Shown piece after piece: positions 9,514 to 19,478 of a DNA stretch of 64,000 nt. Source of the stretch: an uncultured Bacteroidales bacterium (GTDB lineage Bacteria > Bacteroidota > Bacteroidia > Bacteroidales > UBA932); contig CAMQDS010000006.1 of the NCBI GenBank assembly GCA_946999645.1, forward strand, positions 21,883 through 85,882, in the 5' to 3' direction. The first letter of the stretch is position 1; the number at the start of each line of letters is the position of its first letter. The notes beneath the pieces are model-generated. The model was given only the letters and a program-made list of their open reading frames with translations. It ran no database searches and was not told the origin of the DNA. Made by a program: the position numbers and the translations under genes.

Positions 9514-12500
9514 GTGATTGTGATGGCCCGCTCTTTACTAAAATGTATACTCATTATTGTTTTATCTATATTTTCTTTATATGGATTTTCTAAGGGAAAG
9601 ACTATTGAAATTAAGGGGTATGTGACAGATAAACAAGGCGTTCCGATAGAAGGTGCGGGCATTTTTTCCCACGAAGAGAAGGGTAAAGATACCGGTTGCC
9701 TTTCAGACTCTACAGGGTTTTTCAAGTTTTCATGCACTTGTGAGGCTAGTGGTTTTTATGTAAAAATGCTTGGCTATCAAACTCGTTATGTGCGTATAGA
9801 CAATCGTCCTCAGTATTATATAATTCTCTATGAAAGCATGCAATCGGTTGATGACGTTGTGGTTACCGGCTATGTAGACAGAAAGAAGGACAGTTATACA
9901 GGCTCAATCTATGCAATAAAAAGGGAAACGATTGATAAACTTGTTCACACCAATGCCTTGGAAATAATACGTCTTAGTTCTCCCGGTTTTGAGATTACAA
10001 AGGACATTTTACAGGGTTCTAATCCGAATAAGGTTCCTGAAATGATACTTCGTGGTAGAAGTAGTTTTGTGGAGGGGGATAAGACTAATGTCCCTCTGTT
10101 TATACTCGATGGCTCTGAAGTAGATATAAATTATGTCTTCAATATGCCGACAGAGGATATTGAGTCCATATATATTTTGAAAGATGCTCCAGCTGCTTCT
10201 TTTTATGGATCCAAGGCTGCAAATGGAGTAATTGTTATTACCACGAGATCGACAAAAGAAGGGCGTCTGCAGGTGTCTTACAGTGGAAATATGCAAATCA
10301 CATCTCCTGACTTGTCAGATTATCATTTACTTAATGCAGCAGATAAATTGGAATATGAACGTCTTGCTGGGCTTTATGGCAACTTCAAAGGCAGTAGCAG
10401 TTCTGATGTATCAAAGCAGATCCTTTATTATGAAAAGAAGGATAGGGTTAATGCAGGGGTAAATACTGATTGGAAACGATTGGCACTACGTACTGGAATT
10501 AGTCATATTCACAACATAACACTTTCAGGTGGAAGTCGAATGTTCCGTTACAATCTGTCTGGAAGTTATAATGGTATATCAGGAGTTATGGATAAGTCAG
10601 GTAAGGGCGGCTCTTCGTTAAGAATTAATCTTACTTATGGGAATATGAGAAAAATATTTTTGCAGAATATAACTTCATTTGGCAAAAATTTTTCTACAGA
10701 TGTGCCTTATGGTTCCTTTTCTGATTATGTGAAACTTAATCCATACGATAAGCCATACAATGATGATGGGACACTCAATAATAATCTTTCTTTTATCGCG
10801 GCTAATCCTTTGTATGAAAAGAATTTAAATAGTTATATAAAAAATTCGTCATATAGTTTTATAAATACTTTCCGATTGAGATGGAGTTTCTTTGAAAATA
10901 TGAGGATAGAAGCGACAATGTCCTTTTCAAGAACAGAAAGCGAGGCAGAAACTTTCTATTCTCCACATTCCAAGAAGTTCTATTTTGCAGATCCTCTTAA
11001 AAGAGGCAGTTTTGATATTTTTTATGGCAATACTGAAACAGTGTCATCAAATATATTTTTCGTATATGATAAGACTTGGATAAAAAATACTTTTATTCTG
11101 ACAAGTGGGGCAAATATTGAATCTCGTACTAACAATAGTAATTCTTTCAGAGCTATAGGAGTTTTATCAGATAAATTGGATCATCCTTCTATGGCATCTG
11201 GTTTCGCTGAAAGCAGTCACCCTGGTGGCGGACGTAATGTTACAAGGATGCTTGGCGGGTATATCAATGCAAACTATATCTTTGATAATCGGTACTTTGC
11301 AGATTTTTCAATAAGATACGAGGGGTCTTCACTTTTTGGTGCTGACAATAAATTCGCTCCTTTTGGTGCTATCGGTCTTGGATGGAATATTCATAGGGAA
11401 GAATTTATGAAGGGGAAAAATGTTTCTCTTCTTAAATTGCGTGCCAGTATCGGTTATGTGGGCAATGCTGGATTTAGTCCGTATCAGGCTCGACTTGCTT
11501 ATCGTTATAATGTTGATTTACAATATGATGGCAACGTAGGTGCAGTGCCTGTATCAATGGTAAATCCACGACTTAAATGGGAGAAAAGTCAAAAGCGGAA
11601 TTTAGGTCTTGACTTCGTAGCCTTTAATGATAGGCTAAGTGGAAGCTTGGAAGTCTATTATAATACTACCAATGATATAGTAATGACCATAGCCAAACCC
11701 TCACATATAGGCTTTAAGGACTCTAAGGAAAATCTTGGCAGGATAAGAAATTGCGGCATTGAAATGTCTTTACGAGGAAATATTTTCAGAACTTCAGATT
11801 CAAATCTAAATGTTTTTTGGAATGTTTCTCATAATGACAATAAAATAATGGAGATAAGTAATTATCTTAAAAATAGAAACAAGAAAAATGAAGAAACGTC
11901 CAAACCTTCACTTCCAAATTCTTTGTATGAAGAGGGTCAGTCTATGACAACTTTAAAAGTGATGCAGTCTGCTGGTATAAATCCTGCTAACGGAAAAGAA
12001 TTATTTGTCCTTCCTGACGGCAATCTTACATATAAGTACGATTATCATAATAAAAAAGCAGTAGGTGATATTGTCCCTACTTTACAGGGAGTTTTTGGAT
12101 TTAATTATTCTTTTAAAAATATTGAAATATCAACATTATTTGCTTATAGGTTGGGGGCAACTATATTCAATCAGACTCTTGCTATGAAAGTGGAAGGGGC
12201 TGATCCTACTTGTAATGTCGATAAAAGAGTATTTAACGATAGGTGGAAACGACCAGGTGATATTGCAAAATATAAAAGTATAACTTCGAGAGAGATAACT
12301 CCTGCTACTACGAGATTTACTTCCAAGGAGTATGCATTGGAGGGTTCTTCTCTTCAAATATCTTACAGCATACCGCAAAAATTCTGTAAAAAATTGCACA
12401 TTAGACATTTAAGGCTGTCGGCATCTACAGGAGACCTCTTCCATATTTCTACTATACGCAGAGAGAGAGGGCTTGATTATCCTTTTGCAAGAGTTTACCT

Positions 12501-12525
12501 GTTTTCACTCAATCTGAATATATAG
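9514..12525 (+). CDS. SusC/RagA-family TonB-dependent outer-membrane transporter
   Basis: 1003 aa. Signal peptide, N-terminal carboxypeptidase-regulatory-like motif IEIKGYVTDKQGVPIEGAGIF, plug motif VVVTGYVDRKKDSYTGS, then a long beta-barrel-like region. Immediately followed by a SusD-like gene. Confidence 0.85.
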   Translation: MIVMARSLLKCILIIVLSIFSLYGFSKGKTIEIKGYVTDKQGVPIEGAGIFSHEEKGKDTGCLSDSTGFFKFSCTCEASGFYVKMLGYQTRYVRIDNRPQYYIILYESMQSVDDVVVTGYVDRKKDSYTGSIYAIKRETIDKLVHTNALEIIRLSSPGFEITKDILQGSNPNKVPEMILRGRSSFVEGDKTNVPLFILDGSEVDINYVFNMPTEDIESIYILKDAPAASFYGSKAANGVIVITTRSTKEGRLQVSYSGNMQITSPDLSDYHLLNAADKLEYERLAGLYGNFKGSSSSDVSKQILYYEKKDRVNAGVNTDWKRLALRTGISHIHNITLSGGSRMFRYNLSGSYNGISGVMDKSGKGGSSLRINLTYGNMRKIFLQNITSFGKNFSTDVPYGSFSDYVKLNPYDKPYNDDGTLNNNLSFIAANPLYEKNLNSYIKNSSYSFINTFRLRWSFFENMRIEATMSFSRTESEAETFYSPHSKKFYFADPLKRGSFDIFYGNTETVSSNIFFVYDKTWIKNTFILTSGANIESRTNNSNSFRAIGVLSDKLDHPSMASGFAESSHPGGGRNVTRMLGGYINANYIFDNRYFADFSIRYEGSSLFGADNKFAPFGAIGLGWNIHREEFMKGKNVSLLKLRASIGYVGNAGFSPYQARLAYRYNVDLQYDGNVGAVPVSMVNPRLKWEKSQKRNLGLDFVAFNDRLSGSLEVYYNTTNDIVMTIAKPSHIGFKDSKENLGRIRNCGIEMSLRGNIFRTSDSNLNVFWNVSHNDNKIMEISNYLKNRNKKNEETSKPSLPNSLYEEGQSMTTLKVMQSAGINPANGKELFVLPDGNLTYKYDYHNKKAVGDIVPTLQGVFGFNYSFKNIEISTLFAYRLGATIFNQTLAMKVEGADPTCNVDKRVFNDRWKRPGDIAKYKSITSREITPATTRFTSKEYALEGSSLQISYSIPQKFCKKLHIRHLRLSASTGDLFHISTIRRERGLDYPFARVYLFSLNLNI

Positions 12526-12528
12526 GAT

Positions 12529-13935
12529 ATGAAAAAATTAAGAAAAATATATATCATATTCAGTATTTTGATTGTGTCTTCATGCGATTTTTTAGATGGA
12601 GGAGTCAAAGGTATTGTTGATAATGGTAAGATGTTTAGTAATGAACAAGGGTTCATAGATGCTATGTCAGGCGTTTATGCCTCAATGACTAATGCAGGAC
12701 TATATGGAGAAAATCTGTCTTTCGGACTTATTGACGAATTTGCCCAATTATATTATAACAATAGAGAATCTTATGAAACCACTCTTACCAAAACAATTGA
12801 TTTAAAATATAAAGATGCAGATGTAAAGTCGAGGATAGATGAGGTGTGGGAGGTAGGATATAATGTTATATCTTCTGCAAACAGTATAATAGATAATGCT
12901 GCAAAATATCACTATCCTTCGGTTCCGAGAATAAAGGCAGAGGCTCTTGCAGTAAGAGCCTATATTCATTTCGACATGCTTCAATTATTTGCTCCTGGAT
13001 ATAACAGACGCAATGAAAAAGGTATACCATACGTAAAGCATTTTACAGATGAACCTGTCTTTTATTCAACTGTAGGAGAGGTATATGATGCAATAGTTTC
13101 AGATCTTAAAGAAGCTATGACTTTGCTTAAGGATTCACCGAAAATACCTTCAGAAAAGAATGTGGAACTGCATCTTAATTATTACTCTGTAGCTGCAATC
13201 TTGGCAAGAGTAGAAAATTGGGCTGGAAAGCATAAAGAGTCTGAAAAATATGCTCTTGAAGCATTGAAAGGGGGATACGAGTTTACCTATATAGAAAAAG
13301 TAAAGGGTTTGTTCAAAGGATACACTGCATACAAAGAATGTGTTTTTGGCTTGCAGGCACCTAAAATGTATCTGAGTGTAAGAAAAAAACTTACATCCAA
13401 TAAATTGTCCGATGAAACAGATATGGTCCGTTCTAATTTTAAAGAAATTTTTTCTTTAAATACGTTTACAGCCTCAAGTAATGACTATCGTTATCAGGCT
13501 TATTTTACTCAAAGAAAGTGGGGAAGTGGAACTGTAGCATTTACAAAATTGTATGATCAATATTACGATGAACATCAGAATGTGACAGATAGCAGAATAC
13601 CTGGAATAAATCTGATAAGAATTCCTGAACTTTATTATATCCTAGCAGAATCAGTTTATGATGAAGATAAATCCAAAGCATTGATGTACTTAAATCAGGT
13701 AGTCACCGCGCGTGGACTCAGACCTTTGCCTTTAGCAGCGATAGCGGATAAGCCAGGCTTTGAAAAAGTACTTGTTAATGAGATAGTTAAAGAATTTTGG
13801 GGAGAAGGCCGTATCTTTTTTACATATAAACGTTTTCAACTGAATATGGAAGGTGTAGATGGTAAAGTACATAAGGCTTCTGATGAGGTTTATATATTGC
13901 CAGTACCTGAAAATGAAAAGGAGGAAGGCTTATGA
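12529..13935 (+). CDS. SusD/RagB-family outer-membrane lipoprotein
   Basis: Lipoprotein signal (...VSSC). 468 aa of TPR-like helical composition. Sits 4 nt after the SusC-like gene. Confidence 0.8.
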   Translation: MKKLRKIYIIFSILIVSSCDFLDGGVKGIVDNGKMFSNEQGFIDAMSGVYASMTNAGLYGENLSFGLIDEFAQLYYNNRESYETTLTKTIDLKYKDADVKSRIDEVWEVGYNVISSANSIIDNAAKYHYPSVPRIKAEALAVRAYIHFDMLQLFAPGYNRRNEKGIPYVKHFTDEPVFYSTVGEVYDAIVSDLKEAMTLLKDSPKIPSEKNVELHLNYYSVAAILARVENWAGKHKESEKYALEALKGGYEFTYIEKVKGLFKGYTAYKECVFGLQAPKMYLSVRKKLTSNKLSDETDMVRSNFKEIFSLNTFTASSNDYRYQAYFTQRKWGSGTVAFTKLYDQYYDEHQNVTDSRIPGINLIRIPELYYILAESVYDEDKSKALMYLNQVVTARGLRPLPLAAIADKPGFEKVLVNEIVKEFWGEGRIFFTYKRFQLNMEGVDGKVHKASDEVYILPVPENEKEEGL

Positions 13936-14618
13936 TAAAAATCATAATGAGAATAGGTTGTACACTTGTTTTAATCATTCTATTTTTCTCTTGCAAGTAT
14001 CAGGAAAGCTTTACTTATACGGGAAGTCGAAAAGTGAATTTTACTACTGATTCTCTGTATTTTTCTTTCGGAAAAGAGCCTTTTTCCATTACAGACACGA
14101 CTATAGTTCTTAAAGCGGAACTTATTGGTGTCCCGTCAGTTAATCCGTTATCTTTTGCTGTCGATATAGATAAAAATATGACAACAGCAATAATTGGTGA
14201 ACATTATGACGGACTTTTGAAAGAGTATAGGTTTGAACCAGGACAATCATATGCTGACATGCCAATCCACATTCATAGACGTAAATTAGATGAGACTAAA
14301 GACTATATCATAAGGCTGAGTATTGTACCTACGCCCGATTTGTCACTTGGGGTATTGGAAAACAGAAGCTTAAGTATATGCTTTAACAATTCTCTCGATA
14401 AACCTCTGTGGTGGAACTCTCTTGATATGTATCTGGGTGAATATAATGTACGTAAGTATCAGAAATTCATAGAAATATTTGGAAGACCCGTGTCAGATAA
14501 CGATATAAAGGATAATAAATATGGGGTTTTGAGAGTATTTAAGAAAGTGAAAATTTATTTTGATGCGGAGCCATATCCAGGCGTTATATTCCCTGATGTG
14601 AAATGGCCTGTTTGGTAA
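13932..14618 (+). CDS. Sus-locus accessory lipoprotein (DUF4843-like by size and position)
   Basis: Lipobox LFFSC. 228 aa. Overlaps the susD stop by 4 nt (translationally coupled). Confidence 0.5.
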   Translation: MIKIIMRIGCTLVLIILFFSCKYQESFTYTGSRKVNFTTDSLYFSFGKEPFSITDTTIVLKAELIGVPSVNPLSFAVDIDKNMTTAIIGEHYDGLLKEYRFEPGQSYADMPIHIHRRKLDETKDYIIRLSIVPTPDLSLGVLENRSLSICFNNSLDKPLWWNSLDMYLGEYNVRKYQKFIEIFGRPVSDNDIKDNKYGVLRVFKKVKIYFDAEPYPGVIFPDVKWPVW

Positions 14619-14652
14619 TTAATAGAATAAAATAGTTAATTTAAAATGTTAT

Positions 14653-16185
14653 ATGAAAAAAAGTTGTTTGTTTATTTTCGCAGTCTTTATAGTTGCGTTG
14701 GTTTCGTGCCAGAAAGAAAATCCAAATGCTGGAGGGGTTGTTACGCCAACAGAAATTGATGCCGTAAGTGGAGTAAGCCTTACTTATGAGACTACCCAGT
14801 TTTCAACTTTGAAAATCACCCCTAAAGTTAAATTTTCTAAAGGTGAGGAAAAGGATATTAAATACGAGTGGAGTGTTGACTATAAAATAGTTTCAACAGA
14901 AAAGAACCTAAATCTTAAATTGACTAAGACTGGTACCTTTGACGGCTATTTTAAGGCAAGCAGCGAGACTTCTGCTAAATTGGTAAAATTTAAGTTGAGA
15001 GTGGCTTCGCCTGCTTTTGATCAGGGAATACTTCTTCTGAGTGAAGCAGAAGGAAGACCTATGCTCACATTCAAGAATGTCGTAAAAATGGAAGATAAGT
15101 CAATTGTTGATTTCTTCTCCGAACTCAATCCAGGAGTGGTTCTTGGAAAAAAACCTGTCAATATATATTGGAAAGGCGACACTCACACTTGGCCTGGTTC
15201 TCCTACTACGTCCTCAAAAGATTTGGAGGCAATTGTGATTACTGATGATCCTGTAAAAGTATATACAATGAATTACGATGATATGAAAGTGCGTGATGAG
15301 ATTGTATATGACGGAGAGGGTGAATTTAAGCCTGAAACGGTGCTTATGCCTCATGGTAGGCAGAATTCTCTATGGAATGGTATGGAACTTTTCTTTGCTG
15401 GTAAAGGTAAATTCTATTGTATGACCGAAAGTAAGAACTTTATAAAAGTCCCATATGAAATTCCTGCAGATGCTGTGATTGCTCCATATATCTGTTCTGG
15501 TTATAGTCAGCTGACAGTGATGGCTAGTGCTATTTATGATAATTTCAATAAGAAAATGCTTTATCTTGATTCTGATGGTGAGACTATTGTAGAAGGAGAT
15601 AAATATTGCGGAGTTAAGGCTATGGCACTATTTTCTTGTGGTGCTGAATATAGGGCACCAAAGGATGATTACAGACATGAGCCATATAAGTTCATGCTAA
15701 TAGGCTCTAACGGTGATCAAATTAAGGTATTATTATTTGATGTATTCTGGCCTTCAGTAGAGGGAGCAGAGTCATTTATTAATGAATTTGATATGTCAGG
15801 AAAGATTATGCCTAATTCAACTTTATGTGTCAATCCTGCAAGACCTGTATTGTATTACTCCGTAGGTAATAAGATTTTCAGTATGAACTATGACAGCGGA
15901 AACGTAGATGCCAATCCTGTTGTTTCACTCAAGGATAATATGGAAGTTAAGAGTATTGCTTTTGACGTATATAATCCTTATCGTATGTTTGTAGCTGCAG
16001 ATGACAAAAATGAAAAAGGCGAACTTAAAGCGGCAATCTATGTCTTTGATGTAACTAATGCTACAAAACCAGCGACTCAAATGTTTGCCGAAGAACATGT
16101 CGGAGGAAGTGTAAAGAAACTTATTTACAAGGGTAATGGTTTGGAATGTAACTATCAGGGAAAAAATCCATATAAAAAAGACTAA
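14653..16185 (+). CDS. Sus-locus accessory lipoprotein (PKD-like family lipoprotein by size and position)
   Basis: Lipobox ALVSC. 510 aa, beta-rich composition. Fourth gene of the co-directional cluster. Confidence 0.5.
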   Translation: MKKSCLFIFAVFIVALVSCQKENPNAGGVVTPTEIDAVSGVSLTYETTQFSTLKITPKVKFSKGEEKDIKYEWSVDYKIVSTEKNLNLKLTKTGTFDGYFKASSETSAKLVKFKLRVASPAFDQGILLLSEAEGRPMLTFKNVVKMEDKSIVDFFSELNPGVVLGKKPVNIYWKGDTHTWPGSPTTSSKDLEAIVITDDPVKVYTMNYDDMKVRDEIVYDGEGEFKPETVLMPHGRQNSLWNGMELFFAGKGKFYCMTESKNFIKVPYEIPADAVIAPYICSGYSQLTVMASAIYDNFNKKMLYLDSDGETIVEGDKYCGVKAMALFSCGAEYRAPKDDYRHEPYKFMLIGSNGDQIKVLLFDVFWPSVEGAESFINEFDMSGKIMPNSTLCVNPARPVLYYSVGNKIFSMNYDSGNVDANPVVSLKDNMEVKSIAFDVYNPYRMFVAADDKNEKGELKAAIYVFDVTNATKPATQMFAEEHVGGSVKKLIYKGNGLECNYQGKNPYKKD

Positions 16186-16197
16186 AACAAGGTAGAG

Positions 16198-17772
16198 ATG
16201 AAAAAGAATTTTATTAAAACAATTATATTTTCGGCAATAAGCGTACTCTCTGTAGGATGCTGTAAAAATGAAGAAGTGCATATGGTTCCTCCAAAGCCTG
16301 TGCATGAACCATTGCCGATTGAATTATTATCAGAAAGTGATATGGCTGCAGATGCCAAAACTTTCGCTAAGGACGATGCTAAGACTGCTTATTTTACATT
16401 TTCAGAAGCAGTTAAAAAATTCTCATCTATTGAGATTGACGGTAAAAAATATCACCTTCCTTCAGAATCTGAACTACGTGGGATTTTTCCAGATAAAGAT
16501 GTCCTGTCTTTCGACTCAAAGAATGTTAAATCAGGTATTTCAGAAGAGATAATGATAAAAGGCAAACGTCAAAAATATTATGCTGATTATAAAAGTGCTG
16601 GAGATGGCACAACGTACGCCATAAGGTTTATGGGTAATGGCGATAAATTACGTTCTGCTTACAGATATAGGGTGGTTCGTAAAGGTAATGCTGCAGCATT
16701 GGAAATCACATGTCGTTATATCGGCTCTGAAGCAAAATTAAATATCAACAATATTTCGGAAAAGGCTTTTTGGGAAAAAGATAACGATTGGGACATTGTA
16801 AGGACAGTTCCTTTTTCTGGTTATAAAATAAATGATAAGGTAGAAGGGAAATCTTCTGTTGGATATTTTTGGACTGCTTCTGAACGTAATTTTGAAAAGT
16901 CATGGAGTGTTGTTGCTCTGCCTTATTCATCTTTCTTAACTCTTTCTGATAAAACAGTTGCCTATCCGGTGAGACTTTTACTTGGAGAGGCTCCGAAGCC
17001 TGATGTGAAACCTGCTTTGGAGTATGTGGCTGAGTACAATCTTGATATAGATGGAAGAAATTTTGCCGATTCTCACGAATGTAGTAAGTCAGGTGGGTTT
17101 TTCAGTTTCTTTGAGGCACGAAGCCGTTTCCGTCATTGGAGAGAAAAAGGCAGCGATGAATATTATCACATCCCAACCGTTGAGGAACTGCGTGGTGTCT
17201 TCCCAGATATGAATAAAGATAAGGCAATTGATTTTAGACATCAAACTGTTCGTAAAGATATAAATGAGGATATTGTAGTACACAAAGAACGCTTTACTTA
17301 TAAAGCCGATTATAAAAATACAGGCAAAAGACTTACATATGCTCTTAGATTTAAAGGAAATGGAAATTCTCAACTGAGTGCTTGGAGATATTCTCTTCGC
17401 GGCTCATTCCAAGATGGAAGCGAGGACTCATACCTTGAGGTTGCCTGCATTTATCTCGGACCTGACAAGGCAAATCTAACTTTGGATCAGGTTTCAGAGC
17501 CTAAATTCTGGGAAGACAATAAGTCTTCTATAATCATCCGTAAATTCAGTGCTGGCGGTTTTAAACTTAATTACAACTTGAAAGTTTTGTATAAAGGTGC
17601 ATCTGTTTATATTTGGTCTATGTCAGAGGCTCCTGGAGAATATAGTGATGAGGAACAGGGAATATTTAAGGAAAAACTCGCATACTATGCTACAACCGGC
17701 TCATTTGGCAGTTATATTAGAGATGTCATCAGACCAGCTCAATGTTCTGTTCGTTTATTTTCAGATAAATAG
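16198..17772 (+). CDS. Lipoprotein with two tandem paralogous domains of about 200 aa
   Basis: Lipobox SVGCC. Repeat 1 runs roughly aa 62-250 and repeat 2 roughly aa 300-500. They share KYHLPSESELRGIFPDKD / YYHIPTVEELRGVFPDMNKD, YAIRFMGNGDKL / YALRFKGNGNSQ and GYFWTASE / YIWSMSEA. Confidence 0.6.
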   Translation: MKKNFIKTIIFSAISVLSVGCCKNEEVHMVPPKPVHEPLPIELLSESDMAADAKTFAKDDAKTAYFTFSEAVKKFSSIEIDGKKYHLPSESELRGIFPDKDVLSFDSKNVKSGISEEIMIKGKRQKYYADYKSAGDGTTYAIRFMGNGDKLRSAYRYRVVRKGNAAALEITCRYIGSEAKLNINNISEKAFWEKDNDWDIVRTVPFSGYKINDKVEGKSSVGYFWTASERNFEKSWSVVALPYSSFLTLSDKTVAYPVRLLLGEAPKPDVKPALEYVAEYNLDIDGRNFADSHECSKSGGFFSFFEARSRFRHWREKGSDEYYHIPTVEELRGVFPDMNKDKAIDFRHQTVRKDINEDIVVHKERFTYKADYKNTGKRLTYALRFKGNGNSQLSAWRYSLRGSFQDGSEDSYLEVACIYLGPDKANLTLDQVSEPKFWEDNKSSIIIRKFSAGGFKLNYNLKVLYKGASVYIWSMSEAPGEYSDEEQGIFKEKLAYYATTGSFGSYIRDVIRPAQCSVRLFSDK

Positions 17773-17860
17773 TTGATTTTTGTCGGATTTACGGGTTATT
17801 CGCAAAAAAAGTGTGATATTTGCAAAATATTGGTTTAGTTGGCATTTTTGCCACTGAGTT

Positions 17861-18688
17861 ATGAAACTTATAAATTTATACAATATGAAAATAAACAAAT
17901 TTCTTGCTGCGGCTGCTGTTGTTGCTATGACTGTTGCTTGCGGAGTAAAGGGAGAAGGTTCTGCTACAGGCTCTGCAGACTCTCTTGGTACGGCTAAGCC
18001 TGTAAATCCTAAATCTCTTCTTCCATCTAAGGCTGTTAGAGATTCTGTAAGTTATCTGCTTGGAGTAAACTTCGGCTCTTTTCTTAAAGGTTATAATTTT
18101 GGGGATGATTTGAATTTTTCTCAAATAAAGGCAGGTATAAAGGACTTTATGAAAGCTAAAGGTGATCAGAGGGATTCAGCTTTCCTTAAGCAGTTTAGGA
18201 TTTCTCCTGATAAGATGAATGATCTTTTCAACTCATACCTTACAAAAAGACAAGAGTATACTCTTGCTGTAAATGCTGAAAAAGAGAAGAAATTTCTTGA
18301 CGCAAACAAGGGAAAAGATAGTGTTAAGGTTACTGAAAGCGGACTTCAATATATTATAAGAGAGGCTGGAAGTGATGTTAAGGCAGGTCCAAAGGATACT
18401 ATATTTGTTCACTATAAGGGTACACTTATAGACGGAACCGTGTTTGACAGCACTAAACCTGAGCAGCCATCTGCAAGGTTGGTAATGGATAGGGTAGTAG
18501 CAGGTTGGACAGAAGGTTTGCAACTTGTTGGCGAAGGCGGTAAAATTAAACTTTTCCTTCCTTCTGCTCTCGGATACGGTGAAAGAGGAACCAACGGTAT
18601 AGAGCCTAATTCTACTATCATCTTCGATGTTAAGGTAGATTCAGTAAGGCGTTTTGTAGAAAAGCCAGAAGAGACTAAGAAGAAATAG
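17861..18688 (+). CDS. FKBP-type peptidyl-prolyl cis-trans isomerase (FkpA-like, probably lipoprotein)
   Basis: C-terminal FKBP domain VHYKGTLIDGTVFDST...GWTEGLQLVGEGGKIKLFLPSALGYGERG. The true start may be the internal Met at 17885 (MKINKFLAAAAVVAMTVAC). Confidence 0.8.
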   Translation: MKLINLYNMKINKFLAAAAVVAMTVACGVKGEGSATGSADSLGTAKPVNPKSLLPSKAVRDSVSYLLGVNFGSFLKGYNFGDDLNFSQIKAGIKDFMKAKGDQRDSAFLKQFRISPDKMNDLFNSYLTKRQEYTLAVNAEKEKKFLDANKGKDSVKVTESGLQYIIREAGSDVKAGPKDTIFVHYKGTLIDGTVFDSTKPEQPSARLVMDRVVAGWTEGLQLVGEGGKIKLFLPSALGYGERGTNGIEPNSTIIFDVKVDSVRRFVEKPEETKKK

Positions 18689-18708
18689 TCTTTTCAATAA
18701 TATTGTGT

Positions 18709-18744
18709 AAGCCTGTCAGACTTAGTCTTGGCAGGCTTGTTTTG
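18709..18744 (+). terminator. Rho-independent terminator after the FKBP gene
   Basis: Inverted repeat aagcctgtcagac / gtcttggcaggctt followed by TTTTG. A TAttTTTG -7 promoter element for the next gene follows at about 18791. Confidence 0.5.
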
Positions 18745-18836
18745 TAAATATAGTTTAAGTTCGATTTTTCCTTTTAATCTCAAAAATATGTATTTTTGCA
18801 TTATGCGGCATTAAATTTTAAAATGCAATTCTTATT

Positions 18837-19472
18837 ATGATAACAATCGGATACAAAAACAAATTCAGTTCTATTTTAAGGGCAATAGCAGCCATCGCTA
18901 TCGGTATAGTAATGATTATCAGTACAGATGCTACTGTAACCGTTGTCAAAGTTATTTCGGCTCTAATCTTTGCTGCTGGTATTGTTTCTTTTGCGTATGG
19001 CTATTTCAATAGGAAAAAAGGAATATTTAGTCTGATGCTTGTCAATGCAGCAGTGGATATAGTAATCGGTCTTTTACTTTTCTTCTTTCCTGGAGCTATA
19101 GCAGAATTTATAATAAATGTTATAGGCGTGCTTTTGCTATTATTTGGTATAATGCAACTAATTGCACTGCTTAGTGTGATGTCATTGCTGGGTCTAAATT
19201 TTACTTCTCTCTTACTTTCAATCTTGGCTGTTATCGGTGGTATTGTGCTGATTTTTAATCCATTCAGTAAAATGATTATGGGAATTGTTACGGGAGTGTC
19301 ACTCATTGTTTATGGAGTACAGGAATTGATGTCAGCATGGAAAATGGACAAGGCTAAGAAAGAGTATAATATAAAATTCAGTGTAGACATGGATGAGGAA
19401 GAAGCTAAAGACAAAGCAATTAATGATTTTTCATATGTAAAGGATGCTGAATTTCATAAGGTTGATGAATAG
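18837..19472 (+). CDS. DUF308/HdeD-like integral membrane protein
   Basis: About six hydrophobic helices and an acidic C-terminal tail. 211 aa. Confidence 0.55.
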   Translation: MITIGYKNKFSSILRAIAAIAIGIVMIISTDATVTVVKVISALIFAAGIVSFAYGYFNRKKGIFSLMLVNAAVDIVIGLLLFFFPGAIAEFIINVIGVLLLLFGIMQLIALLSVMSLLGLNFTSLLLSILAVIGGIVLIFNPFSKMIMGIVTGVSLIVYGVQELMSAWKMDKAKKEYNIKFSVDMDEEEAKDKAINDFSYVKDAEFHKVDE

Positions 19473-19478
19473 TAATTT

